A DNA stretch of 64,000 nt from positions 35,154,001 through 35,218,000 of the forward strand of contig OX597815.1 in assembly GCA_951406725.2 (NCBI GenBank), in the 5' to 3' direction. The stretch's first letter is position 1, and each line of letters starts with the position of its first letter. Both the position numbers and the translations under genes were made by a program. A model generated the notes under the pieces. That model was not told the origin of the DNA and ran no database searches. It saw nothing but the letters and a program-made list of their open reading frames with translations. Source of the DNA: Octopus vulgaris. Taxonomy: Eukaryota. Positions 1 to 13,377 of the stretch are shown here, piece by piece.

Positions 1-2289
1 CCATCACATTTTTAAGGTGTTGAAAAAATTAAGCAAAATATTCACGGATAAAGCCTACCATCCATGTAGATAGATCACAGCAGGATTTTAAACGCAAAAC
101 GCAAAGAGCCAGAACAAACAACATCCTATCCGACATTCTTATAATCCTGCCAACCCACTGCTTTGGACTGGCAATTTTTATCGGCTCTGAAACGATTGAA
201 AACAAATTTGATCTCGATGAAATTTGAACTCACAGCATAGCGATTCAGAACAAATACAGTGAAGCATTTTGCCCGACGTTCTAACGTCTCTGTTACCAAC
301 AAAGCACCAGAGGAATGATAGTGCTACTCAAGCAACAAAACTCTATCGTACTAAAGTTAATTTGAACAGTTATATTATTCTGATATAAGAACCAAAACTA
401 GACTGAATTACGTTTCTTAATTAACAGAACTACACAACTGTGTTATCACAATAGACGCATTCGAATTTCATCGGCAACAAAATTACAACTGCCTAATGTT
501 AGGATCAGAGTTCTGCTTTTTATTCACTTTTGGAACCAATTTCTATCTAACAAGAGCATTTTTTTTAGTGTGTTTTGTGCGTATGTTGATTTCTTGATAT
601 TTTTTTTTATTTTGTAAAGGAACAAGGGCTATTTTGTTCGGGGAATATAGTTGATTGAATATATCCTAATACCATGCAGGTACTTAATTTATCGATTCGA
701 GAGAAATGAAAGGCAATATCGATCCCGGAAAGATGAAAGCAACGACAGAGCTTTCGATATGAATCAGAAAACTGAGAGCAAAAGGGAAAAAAAATTCTTC
801 AAAGTCGACTACCCAGCTTTGACGCCCATCTCTATTGTAAGTGTTAAAAGTAATTATATGAAAGAGTTCTTACAGGTTGAGTAGTTTGTTTAATGAACGG
901 GTACATTTGATGAATCGAATAGACAAACTTTACTAGGGGAACATGGATGCTTATCTTTCTATCTAATCTAATTGTCACAACTTTTTTTCTCTTTGTGTGT
1001 GTGTGCGTTTTTTTTTTTGTTTATTCTTGTTGTTTTATTGTTTGTATTTTTTTTTTTTTTTTTTTACACAGGACAAAAATGTTTCAGGTATTCTACCAAT
1101 AGATGTTTCTGAAACGGTTTCTCATATAACATCAGATCTAACGCTGCATAAAACAAACTATTCTTAGAAATTAGAAATGAAGTTACCATTAACTGATCTC
1201 GGGATTAAGAAAAATCTTTTACGAAGCAGGAGACCTTTTATATTAAAGAAATATTGCTGATTAAATTTCAGTTTCAGTGTACTACTTGTTCTACTTTTAT
1301 CGACGTCAAGGGAATGAAATGCAATGCCTTTCGTGAATTGAATTCAGAACCGACAAAGGCGAAATGAAGTACTTATAATACATTTTAGATTTCCCTTTTA
1401 CTAAAGATGGCAACTCGCCGCAGGTAGGTAAATATGACAATGTGTCAACAGTAATTCGAAATCCTTTTCTCCCAGCTATTAATACTAAACCAGTGAAAAC
1501 ACGAATCTGAGATTAAATTGCGTCTTAAATTAAGCTGTTATCGACATTATGAAATATTTTCCCGCTCCTAAATACAAATTAAATATTCAAACATATCTTG
1601 AAGCGTTTATTTCTACTTCATAGTAGAAATAAAACGCTATAGTTCAACGATAAATATAAAAAGGATTCAAGGAATTCTAAAAATATTTTATATTAAATAG
1701 AATATAACAACATTAAGACGTCATACTTGCAGATCTTATTTATATATTCCATTATTGTTTTTCTCCGTCATAAATGGCATCATATGATTACACAGATAAG
1801 GATTTCTCTTTTATTATTTAATATATTTCATCGCAAAAATCAGTAATTTGTAAAGTGTTCGTAGAATACTCTGCATCGCTAAAAGATTCCAATGACTCAC
1901 TTTCCCTGTTGACTTAGTTGCTTCGCTCGTCAAGAATCAAAATATTTTACACCAATATGAATTTGACAATCTAATCATTATTTTACGATATTCAAGTGCA
2001 AATGTTATTCGTTTAAAACATAAATAAGCATATCAAATCTCATTTCTCTTAAACAACATCTCCCAAATCAAAGTACTCCGCACTACACATGACAACATGT
2101 ATCATCTATAGTTTCTGTTGGAAACTTCATATTTTCTCCAGAATGAAATGAATCGTATCGAGATGGATTTTGAATTTTTAACACATAGGTCTCATTTAAT
2201 CAATAATATCCCTATTACCTTCTTACATTTTCTGATCATGAACATATTCCATACTTCAGCTAGCAGACAATATATATATATATATATAG

Positions 2290-2495
2290 TTAATCCAAAC
2301 ATGAAAACACAAAGAGAAAACACAACAATGCGAGGACGTGGAACAAATATAGTGTTATTGGACGCTCAGGAAAAGAAAGAAAGAAGGAGGATTTAACGCT
2401 TTGAGCGGAGCTCTTCATCAGAAACATAGGAAAAGGGAAGATCCAAGGAAGGGAAGACGGAGGGAAAAAATCGCCAACGGTACGCACGTGGTCAC
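2290..2495 (-). mobile_element. Penelope-like pLTR fragment with degenerate minimal type I hammerhead (2391-2425)
   Basis: Minus strand reads GTTT-CTGATGA-A-GAGC-TCC-GCTC-AAAGCGTT-AAAT. Core and stem II are intact, and the expected GAAAC has decayed to AAAGC. The layout is typical of Penelope-associated minimal hammerheads. Confidence 0.55.
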
Positions 2496-2514
2496 ATATA
2501 TATACATATATACA

Positions 2515-2563
<49 letters not shown>

Positions 2564-2603
2564 CGTGTATGTATGTATGTATGTATGTATGTATGTATGT
2601 ATG

Positions 2604-2634
<31 letters not shown>

Positions 2635-2789
2635 TTGTGTGTGTGTATCATTGGTTTTACCTCCTATCCGAGAATTTAGTTTCTTCTGTGCTGAACGCTT
2701 CCTTTATGGTGATGGCGTTGATAATGATGTGGACAAATTCTTTCATAGAAAAGTTGATGGCATTATATATATATATTATATATATACAA

Positions 2790-3020
2790 GGCGGCGAGCT
2801 GGCAGAAACGTTAGCACGCCGGGCGAAATGCGTAGCCGTATTTCGTCTGCCGTTACGTTCTGAGTTCAAATTCCGCCGAGGTCGACTTTGCTTGTCATCC
2901 TTTCTGGGTCGATAAATAAAGTACCAGTTTCGCACTGGGGTCTATGTAATCGACTTAATCCCTTTGTCTGTCCTTGTTTGTCCCCTCTATGTTTAGCCTC
3001 TTGTGGGTAGTAAAGAAATA
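2790..3020 (+). mobile_element. tRNA-derived SINE, family 2 (GGCGGCGAGCTGGCAGAA head)
   Basis: A-box-like head, B-box GAGTTCAAATTCC and 3' tail ...GTAGTAAAGAAATA. Homologous copies at 25430, 20935, 49750 and 57460. Confidence 0.85.
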
Positions 3021-3079
3021 TATATATATAAGAGAAAAATGGGATTAAAAATCCTGGCAGATATCAAGTAAGCACTCAG

Positions 3080-3149
<70 letters not shown>

Positions 3150-3632
3150 TATGTATATATAACAACTTTTCATTCAGTTCAGACGATTCTGCCATATTTG
3201 ACTTTTAAAAAGGCCATTTCTGCTGCGGGTTTTCCGAGGACAAACTTAAGACAACAGGTATTAAAATACGGACAGCCATTTCAAAACTCCCCACCCCACC
3301 CCAGTAGACCGATAAACGTCATTCTAGGTACTTGGCTTCTGCTTATAAAGTCATCTCGGTATCGTCTCTCTTATTGTAGCCGGTATTAATGAATAGCAGA
3401 GAGCTAGAAATGCATTTATCGGTCTATTAGAGGACACCCTGAGACGACTAATGATATTTTAACAACTGTTAACTAAACCGAGTATTTTCTCCACCGAAAA
3501 CTGCAGTGAAAATTGTCTTTGTACAGGCTAAAGATGTCACAAACCTATTTGAATTGATTTAAAAGTTTATCTATTCCACAGTATTGCTTCACGTGCATGC
3601 TATAAAATATATTTGTATGTCTGCATATGTAT

Positions 3633-3696
<64 letters not shown>

Positions 3697-3715
3697 GTGT
3701 GTCTGTGTCTGTGTG

Positions 3716-3750
<35 letters not shown>

Positions 3751-4789
3751 GAGGGGAGAGATACGTATGTATACCTCATTTCTTCTAATATAAAATACCT
3801 GTACATCATCTCCAAACCTTCTAATACATATATACATATATACACATACAAATATATGTGTGTGTATATATATATATATATACAGATAAGAAAAGAAATG
3901 GAGCAACAATTATCGTTAGAAGTTGATCATTAGTATTAAAAGGTCATAGGTTAATTGTAGTTCGAGAACATTTATAGCTGTTTCAGTTTGTAATGTCGAA
4001 GTAACTTGCATTTAGCTCGTTCCATTTAACAAACATCGTTAGAATGATTTAGAGTTTCTCGGTGGAATATAGATAGGAGGAAAAGGGAAATGAAAAGAAA
4101 AAGGAAAAAAGGAAAATGTTCGTTAAGTCTTTAGGCTTACATTTTTGTGCCCTTTTTGAATCCCATGCGTGTGTACGTTTCTTCAATTAGATGAAAGGAG
4201 CAATAAGTGGGGAATATGATTAGTTGAACAGCGGTGTTAGTCGAAGGAGTTATACCTGGTGGCAATTTGCGGTGTTGTTAATCGTAATATATAAGGCTGT
4301 TTGTGACCGCTAGATAAGTCCCTATGGTTACAAATAATGCCCTTGTTAAAAACTAAGGATACTTTAAAAAAAATTAGTGCGATATAATGTATAAATTTTG
4401 GTTACGTAAAAAGCATAATAATAAATATATGAAAAAAACATGTTATGTGCGGCGCGGGCTATTTACTCGTTAATATGATTAAAAACCAATACAGTCGGCT
4501 AAGATATGCTAAATCGCTCGTTTAATCATGTTTATATTAATGGCCGCCCTAGCAATTGGTATGTTAGTCAGCGATCTAACTTTAAAGTGAATATATTATA
4601 GAGAATTATATGTCCTGGTGTACATTGCAAATTTAAGATAGATAATTCAGTTAATCGGGGTAATTTAATTTAATTTAATTATGATGTGATGTTAAATTAT
4701 GCTCTGTGGTAAGGGAGTCGGTTAGGAGAGGTAACTAGATGTTATGCAGGTCAGCTAATAACCTGTAATTAGCGGTGTTTAGAGAATAA

Positions 4790-6360
4790 GAATTTATCGT
4801 TATGTAAACATATATTTTTCTTGTCTCGTTTATTAAGAAATTCTGATTTGGCCATTAAAATTAAGGATTTCTCATTTATGTATATATTACAGCGATTATT
4901 TTTAAGGTTATATGAAGATGTTTTGGCTAGGAATCACCATTCTTATCTATAATTAATGTTATTGTCTTTCAGTTCCCAGATGTTACTACTTAATCCGGTA
5001 GAGTTAGCCTTACTTCTATTTCTGAAACTTAAGCGATGGGAATTATATTCAAGTTTCATTTCATTTTTAGTATTTACTATATAAGTTTTCTTGTAATTAT
5101 TTGAGAATACACTACATTGGTAGATTACATTTTTAGCTTTACATTTATTCAAGAATTCACGAGTATTTTTATCTCTGAAGCCACATAGATTAGTAAGATT
5201 ATCTGTGTCTATATGGCGAGGAGTATTATCATTTATGAGGTGGTTGTCCGAATTTTTAGAGGGTGAGTTATTTGGGGGATTACTTATTATATCAATCGAT
5301 TGGTTATTGTGTTTTTTATGGTTATTCTTCCTAGTTTCATAGAAGGCGTCTAGCTTTTTATTGTTGATAGAGGCGATAATAGTAACTAGGTTGCTAGTTA
5401 GGTTATGGCCAACTCTAATTTTATTGCTAAATATTTCTGAGTATTTCGTATTCATATTGAAGTGCTTTTTATAAGTTTCATTATAGATTTAACTATATTG
5501 GTTTTCAGTTTTATCACGAAGGGGATTATTAACCAGATGTTATCTTTATTCCGCTTGTTATTTTTAATATTTTTGTTTTTGGTGTAAAAACTGCCTTCAG
5601 TATTATTGTAGCTCGTAAAGTTATGGTTATTATTATTATAATTCTTTCTATTGTTATTTTTATTACTATTGCTATCAGCTTTGGTAGGGTTGTTCCTATT
5701 TGATTTATTTATTTTATTTACCTTGATATTATAATTACTAACAGGGACTTTATTGGTTCTTTTAGGTGTATTATTTTAATTTTTATTCTTCTTAATATTT
5801 TTCTTGGTATTGTTATCATTCTCATTATTGGTATTTCTACCGTTATCATATCTAATGTTGTTATTAGTATTATTATTAATCTTATTATTCTTCCTACTAT
5901 TATTATTATTACTACTATTATTGTTATTGTTATTGTTATTGTTTTTGTGATTATTATTATAGAAATATTGTCTATTATTCCTATTATTATAATTATGAAT
6001 ATTTATGTTATTCGCGTTATTTTTATAAGGCTCCGAGCAAAAGTACTTAATTTTTTGCATATAACCTGCTTTTCCCAATGCAATGTTGTAGTCTTTCTAA
6101 TACTTATTGAAGATACCTTCGTTGAACGAGAGATACGAAATTCTTTTACTAATGCTCTGTACAAGTCCTCTTTTTATAAAGTTTGGGTGTTTGCTACATG
6201 TATTAATATACTTGAGGTTGACATTCGGTTGATGTACGGTTAATGTAATCCTGTGGTTAAATTACAATAGGCATCAAAATAATTAATAGAATTATGCTCT
6301 TTTTCTATCGTGATGGTTAATCCAAACCGTTTAAAGAACTTATGTAGGGATATACTCAAG
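4790..6360 (-). pseudogene. Penelope-like retroelement remnant: RT C-terminus, Asn-rich linker, GIY-YIG endonuclease
   Basis: ORF 4943-5455 contains CGFRDK..NKCKAKNVIYQCSV..KTYIVNT..YNSHRLSF..TGLSSNIWELK (GIY-YIG-like). Upstream broken frames resemble the Penelope RT thumb (..KAGY..KIKY). Several frameshifts. Confidence 0.8.
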
Positions 6361-7355
6361 AGGTTAAGGTCAATCAACTGACAAGCAAATCTGTGATACT
6401 GAGTAGAATAATTGCTATAACGATATTTCTGCTTCAGCTACTCAGCGCGAAATCTGTCTGAAATGTAATGGAAAATAGGTTATTTTCAAAACATTGATAT
6501 TTACTTCTCAAAAGCAAAGTTTGAAGGGAATAGTAGTCATTTCCTTTGATTTGTTGATAATCAGATAGGAAATAACACTTACAAGAAATTTTTTTTTTAC
6601 ACACTGTGTTATACATCATGAGAGAACTAATTGCAGATTGCATTTGATTATAGGTGAGCACAATCAACGCTGACCAAAGCTCAATTACATCAACAGCAAT
6701 TTTACGCCTAATCTATATATAATTACAAGGATTCTGATCAAAGCCACACTTAATTGGTCAATAATAATTGACAGCTGACCTCGAGTTGTTTATAAATATT
6801 ATATTGGAATGTGTTGAGTTTATTTGTATTCTAGAATTAATAATGTGTAGCGCTAGCTCATGTTTTCGACACGTAATAACAAATATACGATTATCTATGA
6901 CGACACATTAGTTGAATCTTTGATGGTTAATAGACAAATGCAAAAATACGTAAACGATAAATAACAATATGACAAAAAGATTATAAAAATATGTATATAT
7001 ATATATAAAAGATAAAGTTGTTTAGAGAGAAAAGAAAATGACTTATTAAGAATGATGGTGCTGCAAAAACCGATGACGTTGACCACAGTGCTCGACAGGT
7101 ACTCACTTCAGTGATGTTTAAAGGATAAAAAGCAAAGCCGTCCTCGGTGGTATTTGAACTCAGAACATAAAACCAAAAGAAGTGCAAGTCGTACAGCTTG
7201 TTTTACATGGGCGTATTGATACAAAATTTTATAATACAAATCTACCTCAAGAACAATGAAAATACCAGAACCAGAAATCTTTTTCAAAATAACCTGCCAT
7301 ATTTACTTTTATTAGTTCTGGCAGACAATTGAATTAGTCGCCTCGTTGGATGCAT

Positions 7356-7773
7356 TTATCTTTATCTTTTTATCTTTTACTTGTTTCAGTCATTTGACTG
7401 CGGCCATGCTGGAGCACCGCCTTTAGTCGAGCAAATCGACCCCGGGACTTATTCTTTGTAAGCCCAGTACTTATTCTATCGGTCTCTTTTGCCGAACCGC
7501 TAAGTGACGGGGACGTAAACACACCAGCATCGGTTGTCAAGCAATGCTAGGGGGGACAAACACACAAACACACACACATACAAACACACATATATATATA
7601 TACATATATACGACAGGCTTCTTTCAGTTTCCGTCTACCAAATCCACTCACAAGGCATTGGTCGGCCCGGGGCTATAGCAGAAGACACTTGCCCAAGATG
7701 CCACGCAGTGGGACTGAACCCGGAGCCATGTAGTTGGTTAGCAAGCTACTTACCACACAGCCACTCCTGCGCC
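7356..7773 (-). mobile_element. tRNA-derived SINE, family 1 (GGCGCAGGAGTGGCTGTGTGGTAAG head), full length
   Basis: A/B boxes, internal TA/TG microsatellite and TGACTGAAACAAGTAAAAGA tail. Near-identical copies at 24716 and 32381. Confidence 0.9.
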
Positions 7774-9015
7774 TATATTGAAAATAAATTACGAACATGA
7801 TTACGGAAAGCTACTGCATAAATAATATATGGTTGAGATGTATACTGCAATATCAGAAAAGACACAAATTAAGTCCAAATTAGCAAAGCATAATTATGAA
7901 ATTTCGATTAGTAACACAAAATTTTAACCTAAAATCCAGTTAAAATCCACTAAATTCAGATCTTCGTTGCTGGCACAGAAAAAGATCATCGCGTTACATC
8001 TATATCAAATTTTATCTATGTTCCATATGCTGGTATTACTTTTGTATTATTTTCTTGTTCCTTGCCATCTTAGTCATAGGCCTATCTAACTTGGGTCATA
8101 TTCTCGTCTTCAGGAAATCCTTCATCACTTTTTCACCTGGAATATCACTTAATCATTTTTTACGCCCAATATCTCAAGAAACAAGCATAGCTTCTTCAAG
8201 TTTCTACCTTTTGTCAGTTTTTTTGTGCCCGAAGATGTACATGTCATCCACGTCTGACAGCTCTTTCCCTTTAATGATTTCTCGAGCAAATATTCAAGCA
8301 AAAATATTAGGGTTGACTAGTATCATTACTTGTTTCATTTTCACATTTTCTGTCTTGTGTTCCTGGAACTGACTATATTACTAGGATTGATTTCACCTAT
8401 ACAAAGGCCATCTTGACTTAATTACTGCATCATACCATTTACCTCTGTCCACCCTTTGAAATGTAAACTAGCCCTACAGATAGCAATATCTCCACCTTTT
8501 ATAATACGCTCATCTTAAATAACACTGACTTGAAACCTACTTCAACACAAACAAGTATCACATTAAAATGAATTCGTTCATATTCTATGATCCTCACACG
8601 AACTGTTTTCTTTTTATGTCAACCGTACTGTTTCCAAAAAGACCAAAAACAGAGTTTTATCCATATTACCAATTTCAAAATTATGCTGCTTACTTGTCTT
8701 CAAAACAAGAGAGTGAAACGAAATTATCTTCAATTCTAAATCAAGTGTAACTTACTGCCTCGGCACCAGTCTTGAGAAAGAACACGCTCAAACAGGATAT
8801 TACAACTACAAACCATTAATTGCCCTGTAAAAGTATGTAATTCATTGCAGAAGTTCAGCATCTCTACATATATGCAAATACACAAATGTAGATATGCAAA
8901 TATATGTATATGCACACAAACGTAAGTTAAGACATACAGATCCACATGTTCATGGTTACATGCATACATGCATGGACAGATAGATAGACACATGCAAACA
9001 TATACACACACATAC

Positions 9016-9083
<68 letters not shown>

Positions 9084-9339
9084 TGTCAACTCAACTTTTC
9101 CACATTTCTTTCCTTATACAATTTTTTTTAAATTCCTTATACATGGTTTGTGCTTGATGAATATGCTTGAGATATTTCTCAACATATGAAACTATTAGTA
9201 GCACCTAAAGACATGTATTGTGTCCTTTAAGTAAATACTTTTCGCTCTCCAGATGGAGCACGTTTTTGTTGATCTTTCTATCATGCAACAGTGCATTATA
9301 TATATAGGGAGAAAGGGAGACAGACAGACTGATAGTAAA

Positions 9340-9886
9340 CGGTTTCCCTAATCTTTTTCTTTCCTTCCCCGTTTTCTATCTCTCCCTCTCCCTTTCTCTT
9401 TTCCTCTCTCTCTAGTTGCTCATACGTGACCATCGTCCATCTTTCTTTTTCTCATGTGATCATCTTTCTTTTCCTTCAGGACTGGACGTATTCTATCTCT
9501 CACTTCTATCTTTTCTCTTTTTAAAGAAAATATTTCTCCAACATTCGCTATTTTACCCTCGTTCTGGTTTAACGACCTTCCATGTTTGATTGCGTTCGGT
9601 TTCCTTCTATGTCTCCACTGTCATGCTTTTGTTCCCAGCTTTGACCCTCCATAAATCCAAAATTTTATTTTGGTACTTATGAGAGCAGCTGTCTTCAAAG
9701 ACTCATATTGTTGTTCAATGCCCGAAATGTGGAGTAGATCGACAGCCGACAACTGATGAAGGATCTTTCTTTATGTTACTTGTCCTGTTTTCCATTTGTT
9801 TCTCTCGTTATTTGCGTATTGAATTCATTTGTTTTCGTATTTCATATTGTTTACTGTCGGTGACGTCCTATACCCATATATGCATA

Positions 9887-9895
<9 letters not shown>
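9340..9895 (+). mobile_element. Non-autonomous hammerhead-bearing repeat, copy A
   Basis: CT-rich 5' part, CGTGACC motif, hammerhead strands at 9701-9763, then TTCTTTATGTT and a T-rich 3' part. Colinear with copies at 13378, 38571, 51292 and 61775. Confidence 0.7.
9701..9763 (+). ncRNA. Putative non-circularly permuted hammerhead ribozyme (best-preserved copy)
   Basis: CTCAT-A|TTGTTG-ttcaatg-CCC-GAAA-TGTG-gagtagatcgacagc-CGACAA-CTGATGA-A-GG. Stem I is UUGUUG/CGACAA, stem III is CAU/AUG, and both CUGAUGA and GAAA are intact. Confidence 0.65.
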
Positions 9896-9956
<61 letters not shown>

Positions 9957-10923
9957 CATATATACATACACAAATATTAACCTTTGCGATGTTTTTTTAC
10001 TATGTAGCAAATTTACATAGAAACCTGCAAGTATTGGATGGAGTTATTGAGGAAGAACAAAGCAAACTGACCTGCATCCTCTAAATTTAATCAATGACTA
10101 ATACAGTGAATATTTTGCAATATTGCTGAGATTCTCCATTTGAGTTACCTGGTATGAAGATGTGTATACATGATCACACATGTACGTATGGAATTCATCC
10201 GCACACTCATAAATAGTAATCGCAATCGCAATCGCATACAAAATAAACATGTGCGTCAATTGCATACGTTGGTATTCACATTATAGCCTAATAGTTACTC
10301 ACTGTTACTTTTCATTTTTCGATGTGACGTAGTTTTCGTTCAAAGCGTAAAGAACAGAGATATTTGTATTATCAAAAAGTTAATGTAATCCGGTAATCAT
10401 TGCAACAGCTTTTAGCTACGTAAACTGCGTGAGTGACAATAGTCGAAAAAAATCAATAGTTCGAACTCAGGTGATTACTCATACGTTTCTCATGCTTTGG
10501 TAGGAATAAGAAAGAGAAAAAGAAAATATACATTTAAGTATGCAATGCAATATCCTTGGTCTAACGGAACTTAAGTAGCAGTTACTGTGACTGGAGGTTG
10601 TGCACTAAGAAATCGTTAAATTTTAACGAAGCGAATGAAAATTAATTGAAAAAGATGAAAGAATATATTTCAAACAAACATTTTCAAATCTGAAAGAACT
10701 TTATCAGTTTATTTCATAGCTTCACTGGAGAATTCTTATACAAACAATACAAATAAAACTTAAGTGATATGAAAAGGGCAATCCCTTTGTTTACCGTCTA
10801 CGCATTGGTGAGTCCGTGAAATACTCAACATACCAGCATATTCACAATTTTTCTCGTCTTTCTTTCCTCATCTCACTCTATCTCCCCTCCCCTCTCTCAA
10901 TCTGTATATATATATATATATTT

Positions 10924-11004
<81 letters not shown>

Positions 11005-11073
11005 ATATATATATATTTTACTCTTATGTATTGAGTACCTTACTTACTGTGGTTAACCCGTATCAACCGGAAC

Positions 11074-11110
<37 letters not shown>

Positions 11111-11418
11111 ATATATAAAGGGGTTTGTATGATTGTGTGTAGAGGGATATATATTATTCAAAGAAATTCCAACTCTGTTTTTTATGTTTTATTTATATTC
11201 TTTATAATATTAATGTAGACTATAGAATATATAGTATAAAAAGTATATATAATAGTATAATGAAATGAAGTATTGATTGTCTTATTGAATAGATGAAATA
11301 TTAAATATGAAGGGACTAGTATACTTTCTTGCATTTAAGAAGTCTTCAAGGTCCCAGGTCGTGACAGATGTAGTATATATGTATGTATGTATGTATATGT
11401 ATTTATGTTTATGCATGC

Positions 11419-11542
11419 ATAGTAGAAGACACCTGTCTAAGGTGCCATGCAGTGGGACTGAACCCAGAGCCGTGTGGTTGGGAAGCAAGCTTCTTACCAC
11501 ACAGCCCCATGCCTGCCAGGCCACGAGACTTCATACGATTAA

Positions 11543-11634
<92 letters not shown>

Positions 11635-12020
11635 CCTGCCAGGCCACGAGACTTCATACGATTAAAGATATATATATATATACATATCTTTAATCGTATG
11701 AAGTCTCGTGGCCTGGCAGGCATGGGGCTGTGTGGTAAGAAGCTTGCTTCCCAACCACACGGTTCTGGGTTCAGTCCCACTGCATGGCACCTTAGACAAG
11801 TGTCTTCTACTATAGCCCATCATATTTGTGTGTGTGTGTGCGTGCATGTATATGTATATGTTTGTGCGTCTGTGGTGTGTTTACGTCCCCGGCAAAAGAG
11901 ACCGATAGTATAAGTACCAGGCTTACAAAGAATAAGTCCTGAGGTCGATCTATTCGACTAAACGCGTTGTTCCAGCATGGCCCCATTCAAATGACTGAAA
12001 CAAGTAAAAGAATTAAAGAA
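11419..12020. mobile_element. SINE family 1 copy (+, ~11715-12020) with inverted duplicate of its head and flank (11419-11546)
   Basis: 128-bp arms 11419-11546 and 11686-11813 are reverse complements with 2 mismatches, flanking a (TA)n spacer. Confidence 0.85.
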
Positions 12021-12142
12021 TATTAAACACACTGAGTTTGAAGAAAGAGGCAGGGCTCCGAAACAGCAGAGATTGATGCTGTTAACGTTCCATTTAATCG
12101 TTGCTGACTCAATCCTTAAGGGAAAGATAGGAGCGAAGCTTG

Positions 12143-12301
12143 TTTCAGTTACCGTCAACCAAATCTACTCACAAGACTTTGGGTGACCCAGGACTAGCGT
12201 AGAAGACACTCTCCCAGAGTGCCGCGTAGTGGGAATGAATCCGGAACTATGTGGTTGGGAAACAAGCTACTTACCTTACCACAAAACCACACATATATAT
12301 A

Positions 12302-12377
<76 letters not shown>

Positions 12378-12530
12378 AGTGCGCGTGCGTGTGTGTTCCC
12401 CTGCGATAGCTTGACAACTGATGCTGGTGCTTTTGTGTACCGTAAGTACTAGGCTTACAAAAAATAAGTCGATTTCTTCAACTAAAACCCGTTGCATGGT
12501 TGCAGTCAAATGACTGAAACAAATAAAAGA
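12143..12530. mobile_element. Decayed SINE family 1 fragments in opposite orientations around (TG)n
   Basis: TTTCAGTT..CAAATCTACTCACAAG..GCAGTGGG-like head on the minus strand, and a CTTGACAACTGATGCTGG..TGACTGAAACAAAT tail on the plus strand. Confidence 0.7.
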
Positions 12531-12558
12531 AAGGAAGTGAAGTATATATATGTGTATA

Positions 12559-12633
<75 letters not shown>

Positions 12634-13287
12634 AGTGTAGATCGTATACGGGTGGGTATATATTTGTAAAAAAGAAGTTTGAAAATGCCACTATATTAGA
12701 TAAATTTCAATTTTCTTAGAAATTTTACATGTTTCGATTCTTGAAAAAACGAACCTTATCAAAAATATTTTAAAAAGTTAAGTGTAATAGAAAACTTCAT
12801 AATTGTTTCTTACTGGTCTCAACAGAATCCATGTGTGGTGTTTTGTCGGTAGTAGGTATAATAGCTATAAATTTCAAGTTGAGTGTAATAAAAGAGTTCA
12901 TAATTGTTTCTTACTGGTTTCAACAGGATCCACGTGGTTGTTTTTAGCTGTCTTATGTGTTCGAATGACCCGCGGCTGAAATGGCAGTAGCAGCAGTGAC
13001 TGTTGGTCGTAGTAGTAGCAACCGTGGTGGTGGTTTGGGTTGCAGCAGCTCATTGGTTGTAGCAGCTTAGCTGTGGCAGGAGTAACCTTCACTCAACGCC
13101 AAAATAAATAACTTTATTTCATTACAAAATTCGGACCAACTCGAATTTGACCGCAAAATAGCATAATTTTGAAAATACACATAAATCTCGTTTGTTGAAT
13201 TTTGGTTTCACGCCCAACCCAGTGAATAACTATTAGGCCATAAAGTGAATGCCAACGTATGCAATTGACGAACATATTTAGAGCTTT

Positions 13288-13363
13288 AATAGAGAAACGA
13301 GAGAGGCAACATAAAGAACTTTCCCTTCATCAGCTGTCCCCTGGTTTATCTACCTCGCGTTTC
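13288..13363 (-). mobile_element. Inverted truncated fragment of hammerhead-bearing repeat, copy C
   Basis: Minus strand GAAACGCGAG-GTAGATAAACCAG-GGGACAG-CTGATGA-AGGG-AAAGTTCTTTATGTT. The cleavage-site strand is missing, and the fragment abuts copy B in inverted orientation. Confidence 0.75.
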
Positions 13364-13377
13364 ATATATTATTATAA

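Noticed and set aside
12797-12945. Two ~50-bp diverged direct repeats 100 bp apart
   Set aside because: This is an ordinary small tandem duplication with no further structure.
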